A DNA stretch of 64,000 nucleotides from Eledone cirrhosa (lineage: Eukaryota): positions 117,428,001 to 117,492,000 of the forward strand of contig OZ024743.1 in the NCBI GenBank assembly GCA_964016885.1, in the 5' to 3' direction. The notes under the pieces are model-generated. The model saw only the letters and a list, made by a program, of their open reading frames with translations. It did no database searches and was not told the DNA's origin. Positions 23,516 through 36,096 of the stretch are shown here, piece after piece. The position numbers and the translations under genes were made by a program. The stretch's first letter is position 1, and each line of letters starts with the position of its first letter.

Positions 23516-23910
23516 AAAATGGTATTGTTTCCATGATATGTTTTATAAAATTGACATTAATATTAATATTACGAAATAATTATATGGTACATTCATGTAT
23601 CATGATCAATTGATATTCACCCTAAATATCTAATTGCAAAGCGAAATTTTCAGTGAGTTTTCAAAGCATTCTTATATATTTATGAAATTATTTTGCTATA
23701 GGTATGATATGAATTTACTAATATTAATTTTAGTATATAGAACATGCAACAGGAATAAGCAAGTTCAATTCAAATATTTATGTTTTACATATAAATTACT
23801 CGTTTCTAAATCATAAATGATTATATTTCTCGAAGTATTTGTTTAATATAAATATATTGTGGCGATACTGATGTAATTATGACGTCAAATAGAGAGTCAC
23901 TAGCTGTACA

Positions 23911-23983
23911 GCCGAAATAGCTCAGTTGGGAGAGCGTTAGACTGAAGATCTAAAGGTCCCCTGTTCAATCCCGGGTTTCGGCC
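23911..23983 (+). tRNA. trnF-GAA: tRNA-Phe(GAA), unit 20
   Basis: Discriminator A73C. Confidence 0.88.
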
Positions 23984-24289
23984 TGCAGACGTATTATTTT
24001 CTCAAATATTTCTAATGATTTTGATAGAGAACTATATATGATTTAAAGAACAATTAATCGAATGGTTCATTTGTCAGTCATCAAAAAGTCACTTTTATTT
24101 TAGTAGACACCAAATAATACCAACTATCAGCAAAACGTCATATAGTTCAGGTGTGTTTTTGAACATTTAGTTCCGATTCAATAAAAGAGGAATATTAGAC
24201 GACAATATCAGCTATTCAGTTTATCAATTCAAATAATGTGTTGAACATTCTAAACGAAACCGTCTATATATGAATGTATAGTAAGAGCT

Positions 24290-24295
24290 GTCTCT

Positions 24296-24327
<32 letters not shown>

Positions 24328-24363
24328 GCTGAAAGGTTGGTGGTTCAAGTCCACCCAGGGACG
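24290..24363 (+). tRNA. trnN-GTT: tRNA-Asn(GTT), unit 20
   Basis: A38G. Confidence 0.88.
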
Positions 24364-24701
24364 TAATAGTCTACTTTTGCTTTAGAAACATTACTAAAAA
24401 ATCTGTATATTTAGGTTTACAGCTTGCATTCAGAATTATTTGTAACACTAATACATGTTTCAATATATTAGCCTGATAAAGATTAACTTTGCTTTACGTT
24501 ACCTAAACCATTTCATCTCTACTGGATTGTATTTCACCAAAAATCTTCATATTTCTATCTTAAACGAACACTGATCATCATCTGATGGAACATATAAAGT
24601 GTATGTTATAAAACAAATTCAAATGTTTTAACAATCTAAAGTAGATTATATTTATGTTTGTTTAAGTCATTTCGTAAATATACATTCAGCACGCACCATT
24701 G

Positions 24702-24774
24702 ATCCGGCTAGCTCAGTCGGTAGAGCAGGAGACACTTAATCTCAGAGTCCAGGGTTCGTGTCCAACGTTGGGTG
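24702..24774 (+). pseudogene. trnK-CTT: tRNA-Lys(CTT) pseudogene, unit 20
   Basis: As unit 9. Confidence 0.82.
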
Positions 24775-25169
24775 AAAATGGTATTGTTTCCATGATATGT
24801 TTTATAAAATTGACATTAATATTAATATTACGAAATAATTATATGGTACATTCATGTATCATGATCAATTGATATTCACCCTAAATATCTAATTGCAAAG
24901 CGAAATTTTCAGTGAGTTTTCAAAGCATTCTTATATATTTATGAAATTATTTTGCTATAGGTATGATATGAATTTACTAATATTAATTTTAGTATATAGA
25001 ACATGCAACAGGAATAAGCAAGTTCAATTCAAATATTTATGTTTTACATATAAATTACTCGTTTCTAAATCATAAATGATTATATTTCTCGAAGTATTTG
25101 TTTAATATAAATATATTGTGGCGATACTGATGTAATTATGACGTCAAATAGAGAGTCACTAGCTGTACA

Positions 25170-25242
25170 GCCGAAATAGCTCAGTTGGGAGAGCGTTAGA
25201 CTGAAGATCTAAAGGTCCCCTGTTCAATCCCGGGTTTCGGCA
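25170..25242 (+). tRNA. trnF-GAA: tRNA-Phe(GAA), unit 21
   Basis: Array consensus. Confidence 0.92.
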
Positions 25243-25548
25243 TGCAGACTTATTATTTTCTCAAATATTTCTAATGATTTTGATAGAGAACTATATATGA
25301 TTTAAATAACAAATAATCGAATGGTTCCTTTGTCAGTCATCAAAAAGTCACTTTTATTTTAGTAGACACCAAATAATACCAACTATCAGCAAAACGTCAT
25401 ATAGATCAGGTGTGTTTTTGAACATTTAGTTCCGATTCAATAAAAGAGGAATATTAGACGACAATATCAGCTATTCAGTTTATCAATTCAAATAATGTGT
25501 TGAACATTCTAAACGAAACCGTCTATATATGAATGTATAGTAAGAGCT

Positions 25549-25554
25549 GTCTCT

Positions 25555-25588
<34 letters not shown>

Positions 25589-25622
25589 TGAAAGGTTGGT
25601 GGTTCAAGTCCACCCAGGGACG
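25549..25622 (+). tRNA. trnN-GTT: tRNA-Asn(GTT), unit 21
   Basis: Array consensus. Confidence 0.92.
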
Positions 25623-25960
25623 TAATAGTCTTCTTTTGCTTTAGAAACATTACTAGAAAATCTGTATATTTAGGTTTACAGCTTGCATTCAGAATTATTT
25701 GTAACACTAATACATGTTTCAATATATTAGCGTGATAAAGATTAATTTTGCTTTACGTTACCTAAACCATTTCATCTCTACTGGATTGTATTTCACCAAA
25801 AATCTTCATATTTCTATCTTAAACGAACACTGATCATCATCTGATGGAACATATAAAGTGTATGTTATAAAACAAATTCAAATGTTTTAACAATCTAAAG
25901 TAGATTATATTTATGTTTGTTTAAGTCATTTCGTAAATATACATTCAGCACGCACCATTG

Positions 25961-26033
25961 ATCCGGCTAGCCCAGTCGGTAGAGCAGGAGACACTTCATC
26001 TCAGAGTCCAGGGTTCGTGTCCAACGTTGGGTG
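25961..26033 (+). pseudogene. trnK-CTT: tRNA-Lys(CTT) pseudogene, unit 21
   Basis: Extra T12C, A37C. Confidence 0.8.
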
Positions 26034-26428
26034 AAAATGGTATTGTTTCCATGATATGTTTTATAAAATTGACATTAATATTAATATTACGAAATAATTA
26101 TATGGTACATTCATGTATCATGATCAATTGATATTCACCCTAAATATCTAATTGCAAAGCGAAATTTTCAGTGAGTTTTCAAAGCATTCTTATATATTTA
26201 TGAAATTATTTTGCTATAGGTATGATATGAATTTACTAATATTAATTTTAGTATATAGAACATGCAACAGGAATAAGCAAGTTCAATTCAAATATTTATG
26301 TTTTACATATAAATTACTCGTTTCTAAATCATAAATGATTATATTTCTCGAAGTATTTGTTTAATATAAATATATTGTGGCGATACTGATGTAATTATGA
26401 CGTCAAATAGAGAGTCACTAGCTGTACA

Positions 26429-26501
26429 GCCGAAATAGCTCAGTTGGGAGAGCGTTAGACTGAAGATCTAAAGGTCCCCTGTTCAATCCCGGGTTTCGGC
26501 A
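26429..26501 (+). tRNA. trnF-GAA: tRNA-Phe(GAA), unit 22
   Basis: Array consensus. Confidence 0.92.
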
Positions 26502-26807
26502 TGCAGACTTATTATTTTCTCAAATATTTCTAATGATTTTGATAGAGAACTATATATGAGTTAAAGAACAATTAATCGAATGGTTCATTTGTCAGTCATC
26601 AAAAAGTCACTTTTATTTTAGTAGACACCAAATAATACCAACTATCAGCAAAACGTCATATAGTTCAGGTGTGTTTTTGAACATTTAGTTCCGATTCAAT
26701 AAAAGAGGAATATTAGACGACAATATCAGCTATTCAGTTTATCAATTCAAATAATGTGTTGAACATTCTAAACGAAACCGTCTATATATGAATGTATAGC
26801 AAGAGCT

Positions 26808-26813
26808 GTCTCT

Positions 26814-26847
<34 letters not shown>

Positions 26848-26881
26848 TGAAAGGTTGGTGGTTCAAGTCCACCCAGGGACG
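26808..26881 (+). tRNA. trnN-GTT: tRNA-Asn(GTT), unit 22
   Basis: Array consensus. Confidence 0.92.
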
Positions 26882-27219
26882 TAATAGTCTACTTTTGCTT
26901 TAGAAACATTACTAAAAAATCTGTATATTTAGGTTTACAGCTTGCATTTAGAATTATTTGTAACACTAATACATGTTTCAATATATTAGCCTGGATAAAG
27001 ATTAATTTTGCTTTACGTTACCTAAACCATTTCATCTCTACTGGATTGTATTTCACCAAAAATCTTCATATTTCTATCTTAAACGAACACTGATCATCAT
27101 CTGATGGAACATATAAAGTGTATGTTATAAAAAAATTCAAATGTTTTAACAATCTAAAGTAGATTATATTTATGTTTGTTTAAGTCATTTCGTAAATATA
27201 CATTCAGCACGCACCATTG

Positions 27220-27292
27220 ATCCGGCTAGCTCAGTCGGTAGAGCAGGAGACACTTAATCTCAGAGTCCAGGGTTCGTGTCCAACGTTGGGTG
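27220..27292 (+). pseudogene. trnK-CTT: tRNA-Lys(CTT) pseudogene, unit 22
   Basis: As unit 9. Confidence 0.82.
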
Positions 27293-27687
27293 AAAATGGT
27301 ATTGTTTCCATGATATGTTTTATAAAATTGACATTAATATTAATATTACGAAATAATTATATGGTACATTCATGTATCATGATCAATTGATATTCACCCT
27401 AAATATCTAATAGCAAAGCGAAATTTTCAGTGAGTTTTCAAAGCATTCTTATATATTTATGAAATTATTTTGCTATAGGTATGATATGAATTTACTAATA
27501 TTAATTTTAGTATATAGAACATGCAACAGGAATAAGCAAGTTCAATTCAAATATTTATGTTTTACATATAAATTACTCGTTTTTAAATCATAAATGATTA
27601 TATTTCTCGAAGTATTTGTTTAATATAAATATATTGTGGCGATACTGATGTAATTATGACGTCAAATACAGAGTCACTAGCTGTACA

Positions 27688-27760
27688 GCCAAAATAGCTC
27701 AGTTGGGAGAGCGTTAGACTGAAGATCTAAAGGTCCCCTGTTCAATCCCGGGTTTCGGCA
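27688..27760 (+). tRNA. trnF-GAA: tRNA-Phe(GAA), unit 23
   Basis: G4A. Confidence 0.88.
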
Positions 27761-28066
27761 TGCAGACGTATTATTTTCTCAAATATTTCTAATGATTTTG
27801 ATAGAGAACTATATATGATTTAAAGAACAATTAATCGAATGGTTCCTTTGTCAGTCATCAAAAAGTCACTTTTATTTTAGTAGACACCAAATAATACCAA
27901 CTATCAGCAAAACGTCATATAGTTCAGGTGTGTTTTTGAACATTTAGTTCCGATTCAATAAAAGAGGAATATTAGACGACAATATCAGCTATTCAGTTTA
28001 TCAATTCAAATAATGTGTTGAACATTCTAAACGAAGCCGTCTATATATGAATGTTTAGTAAGAGCT

Positions 28067-28072
28067 GTCTCT

Positions 28073-28106
<34 letters not shown>

Positions 28107-28140
28107 TGAAAGGTTGGTGGTTCAAGTCCACCCAGGGACG
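28067..28140 (+). tRNA. trnN-GTT: tRNA-Asn(GTT), unit 23
   Basis: Array consensus. Confidence 0.92.
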
Positions 28141-28476
28141 TAATAGTCTACTTTTGCTTTAGAAACATTACTAAAAAATCTGAATATTTAGGTTTACAGC
28201 TTGCATTCAGAATTATTTGTAACACTAATACATGTTTCAATATATTACCTGATAAAGATTAATTTTGCTTTACGTTACCTAAACCATTTCATCTCTACTG
28301 GATTGTATTTCACCAAAAATCTTCATATTTCTATCTTAAACGAACACTGATCATCATCTGATGGAACATATAAAGTGTATGTTATAAAAAAATTCAAATG
28401 TTTTAACAATCTAAAGTAGATTTTATTTATGTTTGTTTAAGTCCTTTCGTAAATATACATTCAGCACGCACCATTA

Positions 28477-28549
28477 ATCCGGCTAGCTCAGTCGGTAGAG
28501 CAGGAGACACTTAATCTCAGAGTCCAGGGTTCGTGTCCAACGTTGGGTG
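28477..28549 (+). pseudogene. trnK-CTT: tRNA-Lys(CTT) pseudogene, unit 23
   Basis: As unit 9. Confidence 0.82.
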
Positions 28550-28944
28550 AAAATGGTATTGTTTCCATGATATGTTTTATAAAATTGACATTAATATTAA
28601 TATTACGAAATAATTATATGGTACATTCATGTATCATGATCAATTGATATTCACCCTAAATATCTAATTGCAAAGCGAAATTTTCAGTGAGTTTTCAAAG
28701 CATTCTTATATATTTATGAAATTATTTTGCTATAGGTATGATATGAATTTACTAATATTAATTTTAGTATATAGAACATGCAACAGGAATAAGCAAGTTC
28801 AATTCAAATATTTATGTTTTACAAAAATATTACTCGTTTCTAAATCATAAATGATTATATTTCTCGAAGTATTTGTTTAATATAAATATATTGTGGCGAT
28901 ACTGATGTAATTATGACGTCAAATACAGAGTCACTAGCTGTACA

Positions 28945-29017
28945 GCCAAAATAGCTCAGTTGGGAGAGCGTTAGACTGAAGATCTAAAGGTCCCCTGTTC
29001 AATCCCGGGTTTCGGCA
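28945..29017 (+). tRNA. trnF-GAA: tRNA-Phe(GAA), unit 24
   Basis: G4A. Confidence 0.88.
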
Positions 29018-29323
29018 TGCAGACGTATTATTTTCTCAAATATTTCTAATGATTTTGATAGAGAACTATATATGATTTAAAGAACAATTAATCGAATGGT
29101 TCATTTGTCAGTCATCAAAAAGTCACTTTTATTTTAGTAGACACCAAATAATACCAACTATCAGCAAAACGTCATATAGTTCAGGTGTGTTTTTGAACAT
29201 TTAGTTCCGATTCAATAAAAGAGGAATATTAGACGACAATATCAGGTATTCAGTTTATCAATTCAAATAATGTGTTGAACATTCTAAACGAAACCGTCTA
29301 TATATGAATGTATAGTAAGAGCT

Positions 29324-29329
29324 GTCTCT

Positions 29330-29363
<34 letters not shown>

Positions 29364-29397
29364 TGAAAGGTTGGTGGTTCAAGTCCACCCAGGGACG
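29324..29397 (+). tRNA. trnN-GTT: tRNA-Asn(GTT), unit 24
   Basis: Array consensus. Confidence 0.92.
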
Positions 29398-29733
29398 TAA
29401 TAGTCTACTTTTGCTTTAGAAACATTACTAAAAAATCTGTATATTTAGGTTTACAGCTTGCATTCAGAATTATTTGTAACACTAATACATGTTTCAATAT
29501 ATTACCTGATAAAGATTAATTTTGCTTTACGTTACCTAAACCATTTCATCTCTACTGGATTGTATTTCACCAAAAATCTTCATATTTCTTTCTTAAACGA
29601 ACACTGATCATCATCTGATGGAACATATAAAGTGTATGTTATAAAAAAATTCAAATGTTTTAACAATCTAAAGTAGATTTTATTTATGTTTGTTTAAGTC
29701 CTTTCGTAAATATACATTCAGCACGCACCATTG

Positions 29734-29806
29734 ATCCGGCTAGCTCAGTCGGTAGAGCAGGAGACACTTAATCTCAGAGTCCAGGGTTCGTGTCCAACGT
29801 TGGGTG
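29734..29806 (+). pseudogene. trnK-CTT: tRNA-Lys(CTT) pseudogene, unit 24
   Basis: As unit 9. Confidence 0.82.
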
Positions 29807-30201
29807 AAAATGGTATTGTTTCCATGATATGTTTTATAAAATTGACATTAATATTAATATTACGAAATAATTATATGGTACATTCATGTATCATGATCAA
29901 TTGATATTCACCCTAAATATCTAATTGCAAAGCGAAATTTTCAGTGAGTTTTCAAAGCATTCTTATATATTTATGAAATTATTTTGCTATAGGTATGATA
30001 TGAATTTACTAATATTAATTTTAGTATATAGAACATGCAACAGGAATAAGCAAGTTCAATTCAAATATTTATGTTTTACAAAAATATTACTCGTTTCTAA
30101 ATCATAAATGATTATATTTCTCGAAGTATTTGTTTAATATAAATATATTGTGGCGATACTGATGTAATTATGACGTCAAATACAGAGTCACTAGCTGTAC
30201 A

Positions 30202-30274
30202 GCCAAAATAGCTCAGTTGGGAGAGCGTTAGACTGAAGATCTAAAGGTCCCCTGTTCAATCCCGGGTTTCGGCA
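30202..30274 (+). tRNA. trnF-GAA: tRNA-Phe(GAA), unit 25
   Basis: G4A. Confidence 0.88.
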
Positions 30275-30580
30275 TGCAGACGTATTATTTTCTCAAATAT
30301 TTCTAATGATTTTGATAGAGAACTATATATGATTTAAAGAACAATTAATCGAATGGTTCCTTTGTCAGTCATCAAAAAGTCACTTTTATTTTAGTAGACA
30401 CCAAATAATACCAACTATCAGCAAAACGTCATATAGTTCAGGTGTGTTTTTGAACATTTAGTTCCGATTCAATAAAAGAGGAATATTAGACGACAATATC
30501 AGCTATTCAGTTTATCAATTCAAATAATGTGTTGAACATTCTAAACGAAGCCGTCTATATATGAATGTTTAGTAAGAGCT

Positions 30581-30586
30581 GTCTCT

Positions 30587-30620
<34 letters not shown>

Positions 30621-30654
30621 TGAAAGGTTGGTGGTTCAAGTCCACCCAGGGACG
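30581..30654 (+). tRNA. trnN-GTT: tRNA-Asn(GTT), unit 25
   Basis: Array consensus. Confidence 0.92.
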
Positions 30655-30990
30655 TAATAGTCTACTTTTGCTTTAGAAACATTACTAAAAAATCTGAATA
30701 TTTAGGTTTACAGCTTGCATTCAGAATTATTTGTAACACTAATACATGTTTCAATATATTACCTGATAAAGATTAATTTTGCTTTACGTTACCTAAACCA
30801 TTTCATCTCTACTGGATTGTATTTCACCAAAAATCTTCATATTTCTATCTTAAACGAACACTGATCATCATCTGATGGAACATATAAAGTGTATGTTATA
30901 AAAAAATTCAAATGTTTTAACAATCTAAAGTAGATTTTATTTATGTTTGTTTAAGTCCTTTCGTAAATATACATTCAGCACGCACCATTA

Positions 30991-31063
30991 ATCCGGCTAG
31001 CTCAGTCGGTAGAGCAGGAGACACTTAATCTCAGAGTCCAGGGTTCGTGTCCAACGTTGGGTG
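30991..31063 (+). pseudogene. trnK-CTT: tRNA-Lys(CTT) pseudogene, unit 25
   Basis: As unit 9. Confidence 0.82.
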
Positions 31064-31458
31064 AAAATGGTATTGTTTCCATGATATGTTTTATAAAATT
31101 GACATTAATATTAATATTACGAAATAATTATATGGTACATTCATGTATCATGATCAATTGATATTCACCCTAAATATCTAATTGCAAAGCGAAATTTTCA
31201 GTGAGTTTTCAAAGCATTCTTATATATTTATGAAATTATTTTGCTATAGGTATGATATGAATTTACTAATATTAATTTTAGTATATAGAACATGCAACAG
31301 GAATAAGCAAGTTCAATTCAAACATTTATGTTTTACAAAAATATTACTCGTTTCTAAATCATAAATGATTATATTTCTCGAAGTATTTGTTTAATATAAA
31401 TATATTGTGGCGATACTGATGTAATTATGACGTCAAATACAGAGTCACTAGCTGTACA

Positions 31459-31531
31459 GCCAAAATAGCTCAGTTGGGAGAGCGTTAGACTGAAGATCTA
31501 AAGGTCCCCTGTTCAATCCCGGGTTTCGGCA
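31459..31531 (+). tRNA. trnF-GAA: tRNA-Phe(GAA), unit 26
   Basis: G4A. Confidence 0.88.
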
Positions 31532-31837
31532 TGCAGACGTATTATTTTCTCAAATATTTCTAATGATTTTGATAGAGAACTATATATGATTTAAAGAACA
31601 ATTAATCGAATGGTTCATTTGTCAGTCATCAAAAAGTCACTTTTATTTTAGTAGACACCAAATAATACCAACTATCAGCAAAACGTCATATAGTTCAGGT
31701 GTGTTTTTGAACATTTAGTTCCGATTCAATAAAAGAGGAATATTAGACGACAATATCAGGTATTCAGTTTATCAATTCAAATAATGTGTTGAACATTCTA
31801 AACGAAACCGTCTATATATGAATGTATAGTAAGAGCT

Positions 31838-31843
31838 GTCTCT

Positions 31844-31877
<34 letters not shown>

Positions 31878-31911
31878 TGAAAGGTTGGTGGTTCAAGTCC
31901 ACCCAGGGACG
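31838..31911 (+). tRNA. trnN-GTT: tRNA-Asn(GTT), unit 26
   Basis: Array consensus. Confidence 0.92.
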
Positions 31912-32247
31912 TAATAGTCTACTTTTGCTTTAGAAACATTACTAAAAAATCTGTATATTTAGGTTTACAGCTTGCATTCAGAATTATTTGTAACACTAAT
32001 ACATGTTTCAATATATTACCTGATAAAGATTAATTTTGCTTTACGTTACCTAAACCATTTCATCTCTACTGGATTGTATTTCACCAAAAATCTTCATATT
32101 TCTTTCTTAAACGAACACTGATCATCATCTGATGGAACATATAAAGTGTATGTTATAAAAAAATTCAAATGTTTTAACAATCTAAAGTAGATTTTATTTA
32201 TGTTTGTTTAAGTCCTTTCGTAAATATACATTCAGCACGCACCATTG

Positions 32248-32320
32248 ATCCGGCTAGCTCAGTCGGTAGAGCAGGAGACACTTAATCTCAGAGTCCAGGG
32301 TTCGTGTCCAACGTTGGGTG
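32248..32320 (+). pseudogene. trnK-CTT: tRNA-Lys(CTT) pseudogene, unit 26
   Basis: As unit 9. Confidence 0.82.
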
Positions 32321-32715
32321 AAAATGGTATTGTTTCCATGATATGTTTTATAAAATTGACATTAATATTAATATTACGAAATAATTATATGATACATTCA
32401 TGTATCATGATCAATTGATATTCACCCTAAATATCTAATTGCAAAGCGAAATTTTCAGTGAGTTTTCAAAGCATTCTTATATATTTATGAAATTATTTTG
32501 CTATAGGTATGATATGAATTTACTAATATTAATTTTAGTATATAGAACATGCAACAGGAATAAGCAAGTTCAATTCAAATATTTATGTTTTACAAAAATA
32601 TTACTCGTTTCTAAATCATAAATGATTATATTTCTCGAAGTATTTGTTTAATATAAATATATTGTGGCGATACTGATGTAATTATGACGTCAAGTACAGA
32701 GTCACTAGCTGTACA

Positions 32716-32788
32716 GCCAAAATAGCTCAGTTGGGAGAGCGTTAGACTGAAGATCTAAAGGTCCCCTGTTCAATCCCGGGTTTCGGCC
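32716..32788 (+). tRNA. trnF-GAA: tRNA-Phe(GAA), unit 27
   Basis: G4A, A73C. Confidence 0.85.
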
Positions 32789-33094
32789 TGCAGACGTATT
32801 ATTTTCTCAAATATTTCTAATGATTTTGATAGAGAACTATATATGATTTAAAGAGCAATTAATCGAATGGTTCATTTGTCAGTCATCAAAAAGTCACTTT
32901 TATTTTAGTAGACACCAAATAATACCAACTATCAGCAAAACGTCATATAGTTCAGGTGTGTTTTTGAACATTTAGTTCCGATTCAATAAAAGAGGAATAT
33001 TAGACGACAATATCAGCTATTCAGTTTATCAATTCAAATAATGTGTTGAACATTCTAAACGAAACCGTCTATATATGAATGTATAGTAAGAGCT

Positions 33095-33100
33095 GTCTCT

Positions 33101-33134
<34 letters not shown>

Positions 33135-33168
33135 TGAAAGGTTGGTGGTTCAAGTCCACCCAGGGACG
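33095..33168 (+). tRNA. trnN-GTT: tRNA-Asn(GTT), unit 27
   Basis: Array consensus. Confidence 0.92.
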
Positions 33169-33506
33169 TAATAGTCTACTTTTGCTTTAGAAACATTACT
33201 AAAAAATCTGTATATTTAGGTTTACAGCTTGCATTTAGAATTATTTGTAACACTAATACATGTTTCAATATATTAGCCTGATAAAGATTAATTTTGCTTT
33301 ACGTTACCTAAACCATTTCATCTCTACTGGATTGTATTTCACCAAAAATCTTCATATTTCCATCTTAAACGAACACTGATCCTCATCTGATGGAACATAT
33401 AAAGTGTATGTTATAAAAAAAATTCAAATGTTTTAACAATCTAAGGTAGATTATATTTATGTTTGTTTAAGTTCTTTCGTAAATATACATTCAACACGCA
33501 CCATTG

Positions 33507-33579
33507 ATCTGGCTAGCTCAATCAGTAGAGCAGGAGACACTTAATCTCAGAGTCCAGAGTTCGTGTCCAACGTTGGGTG
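33507..33579 (+). pseudogene. trnK-CTT: tRNA-Lys(CTT) pseudogene, unit 27, further decayed
   Basis: Extra C4T, G15A, G18A, G52A. Confidence 0.75.
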
Positions 33580-33974
33580 AAAATGGTATTGTTTCCATGA
33601 TATGTTTTATAAAATTGACATTAATATTAATATTACGAAATAATTATATGGTACATTCATGTATCATGATCAATTGATATTCACCCTAAATATCTAATAG
33701 CAAAGCGAAATTTTCAGTGAGTTTTCAAAACATTCTTATATATTTATGAAATTATTTTGCTATAGGTATGATATGAATTTACTAATATTAATTTTAGTAT
33801 ATAGAACTTGCAACAGGAATAAGCAAGTTCAATTCAAATATTTATGTTTTACATATAAATTACTCGTTTCTAAATCATAAATGATTATATTTCCCGAAGT
33901 ATTTGTTTAATATAAATATATTGTGGCGATACTGATGTAATTATGACGTCAAATAGAGAGTCACTAGCTGTACA

Positions 33975-34047
33975 GCCGAAATAGCTCAGTTGGGAGAGCG
34001 TTAGACTGAAGATCTAAAGGTCCCCTGTTCAATCACGGGTTTCGGCA
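33975..34047 (+). tRNA. trnF-GAA: tRNA-Phe(GAA), unit 28
   Basis: C61A. Confidence 0.83.
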
Positions 34048-34353
34048 TGCAGACTTATTATTTTCTCAAATATTTCTAATGATTTTGATAGAGAACTATA
34101 TATGATTTAAATAACAATTAATCGAATGGTTCCTTTGTCAGTCATCAAAAAGTCACTTTTAATTTAGTAGACACCAAATAATACCAACTATCAGCAAAAC
34201 GTCATATAGTTCAGGTGTGTTTTTGAACATTTAGTTCCGATTCAATAAAAGTGGAATATTAGACGACAATATCAGCTATTCAGTTTATCAATTCAAATAA
34301 TGTGTTGAACATTCTAAACGAAACCGTCTATATATGAATGTATAGTAAGAGCT

Positions 34354-34359
34354 GTCTCT

Positions 34360-34393
<34 letters not shown>

Positions 34394-34427
34394 TGAACGG
34401 TTGGCGGTTCAAGTACACCCAGGGACG
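34354..34427 (+). tRNA. trnN-GTT: tRNA-Asn(GTT), unit 28
   Basis: GAACGGTTGGCGGTTCAAGTAC, three extra changes. Confidence 0.8.
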
Positions 34428-34766
34428 TAATAGTCTACTTTTGCTTTAGAAACATTACTAAAAAATCTGTATATTTAGGTTTACAGCTTGCATTTAGAAT
34501 TATTTGTAACACTAATACATGTTTCAATATATTAGCCTGGATAAAGATTAATTTTGCTTTACGTTACCTAAACCATTTCATCTCTACTGGATTGTATTTC
34601 ACCAAAAATCTTCATATTTCTACCTTAAACGAACACTGATCATCATCTGATGGAACATATAAAGTGTATGTTATAAAAAAAATTCAAATGTTTTAACAAT
34701 CTAAAGTAGATTATATTTATGTTTGTTTAAGTTCTTTCGTAAATATACATTCAGCACCCACCATTG

Positions 34767-34839
34767 ATCCGGCTAGCTCAGTCGGTAGAGCAGGAGACAC
34801 TTAATCTCAGAGTCCAGGGTTCGTGTCCAACGTTGGGTG
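34767..34839 (+). pseudogene. trnK-CTT: tRNA-Lys(CTT) pseudogene, unit 28
   Basis: As unit 9. Confidence 0.82.
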
Positions 34840-35234
34840 AAAAAGGTATTGTTTCCATGATATGTTTTATAAAATTGACATTAATATTAATATTACGAAA
34901 TAATTATATGGTACATTCATGTATCATGATCAATTGATATTCACCCTAAATATCTAATAGCAAAGCGAAATTTTCAGTGAGTTTTCAAAGCATTCTTATA
35001 TATTTATGAAATTATTTTGCTATAGGTATGATATGAATTTACTAATATTAATTTTAGTATATAGAACATGCAACAGGAATAAGCAAGTTCAATTCAAATA
35101 TTTATGTTTTACATATAAATTACTCGTTTCTAAATCATAAATGATTATATTTCTCGAAGTATTTGTTTAATATAAATATATTGTGGCGATACTGATGTAA
35201 TTATGACGTCAAATAGAGAGTCACTAGCTGTACA

Positions 35235-35307
35235 GCCGAAATAGCTCAGATGGGAGAGCGTTAGACTGAAGATCTAAAGGTCCCCTGTTCAATCCCGGGT
35301 TTCGGCA
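35235..35307 (+). tRNA. trnF-GAA: tRNA-Phe(GAA), unit 29
   Basis: T16A. Confidence 0.9.
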
Positions 35308-35613
35308 TGCAGACTTATTATTTTCTCAAATATTTCTAATGATTTTGATAGAGAACTATATATGATTTAAATAACAAATAATCGAATGGTTCCTTTGTCA
35401 GTCATCAAAAAGTCACTTTTATTTTAGTAGACACCAAATAATACCAACTATCAGCAAAACGTCATATAGTTCAGGTGTGTTTTTGAACATTTAGTTCCGA
35501 TTCAATAAAAGAGGAATATTAGACGACAATATCAGCTATTCAGTTTATCAATTCAAATAATGTGTTGAACATTCTAAACGAAACCGTCTATATATGACTG
35601 TATAGTAACAGCT

Positions 35614-35619
35614 GTGTCT

Positions 35620-35653
<34 letters not shown>

Positions 35654-35687
35654 TGAAAGGTTGGTGGTTCAAGTCCACCCAGGGACG
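35614..35687 (+). tRNA. trnN-GTT: tRNA-Asn(GTT), unit 29
   Basis: C3G. Confidence 0.87.
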
Positions 35688-36023
35688 TAATAGTCTACTT
35701 TTGCTTTAGAAACATTACTAAAAAATCTGTATATTTAGGTTTACAGCTTGCATTCAGAATTATTTGTAACACTAATACATGTTTCAATATATTAGCCTGA
35801 TAAAGATTAATTTTGCTTTACGTTACCTAAACCATTTCATCTCTACTGGATTGTATTTCACCAAAAATCTTCATATTTCTATCTTAAACGAACACTGATC
35901 ATCATCTGATGGAACATATAAAGTGTATGTTATAAAAAAAATTCAAATGTTTTAACAATCTAAAGTAGATTATATTTGTTTGTTTAAGTCCTTTCGTAAA
36001 TATACATTCAGCACGCACCATTG

Positions 36024-36096
36024 ATCCGGCTAGCTCAGTCGGTAGAGCAGGAGACACTTAATCATAGAGTCCAGGGTTCGTGTCCAACGTTGGGTG
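36024..36096 (+). pseudogene. trnK-CTT: tRNA-Lys(CTT) pseudogene, unit 29
   Basis: Anticodon 3' stem TCATA. Confidence 0.78.
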
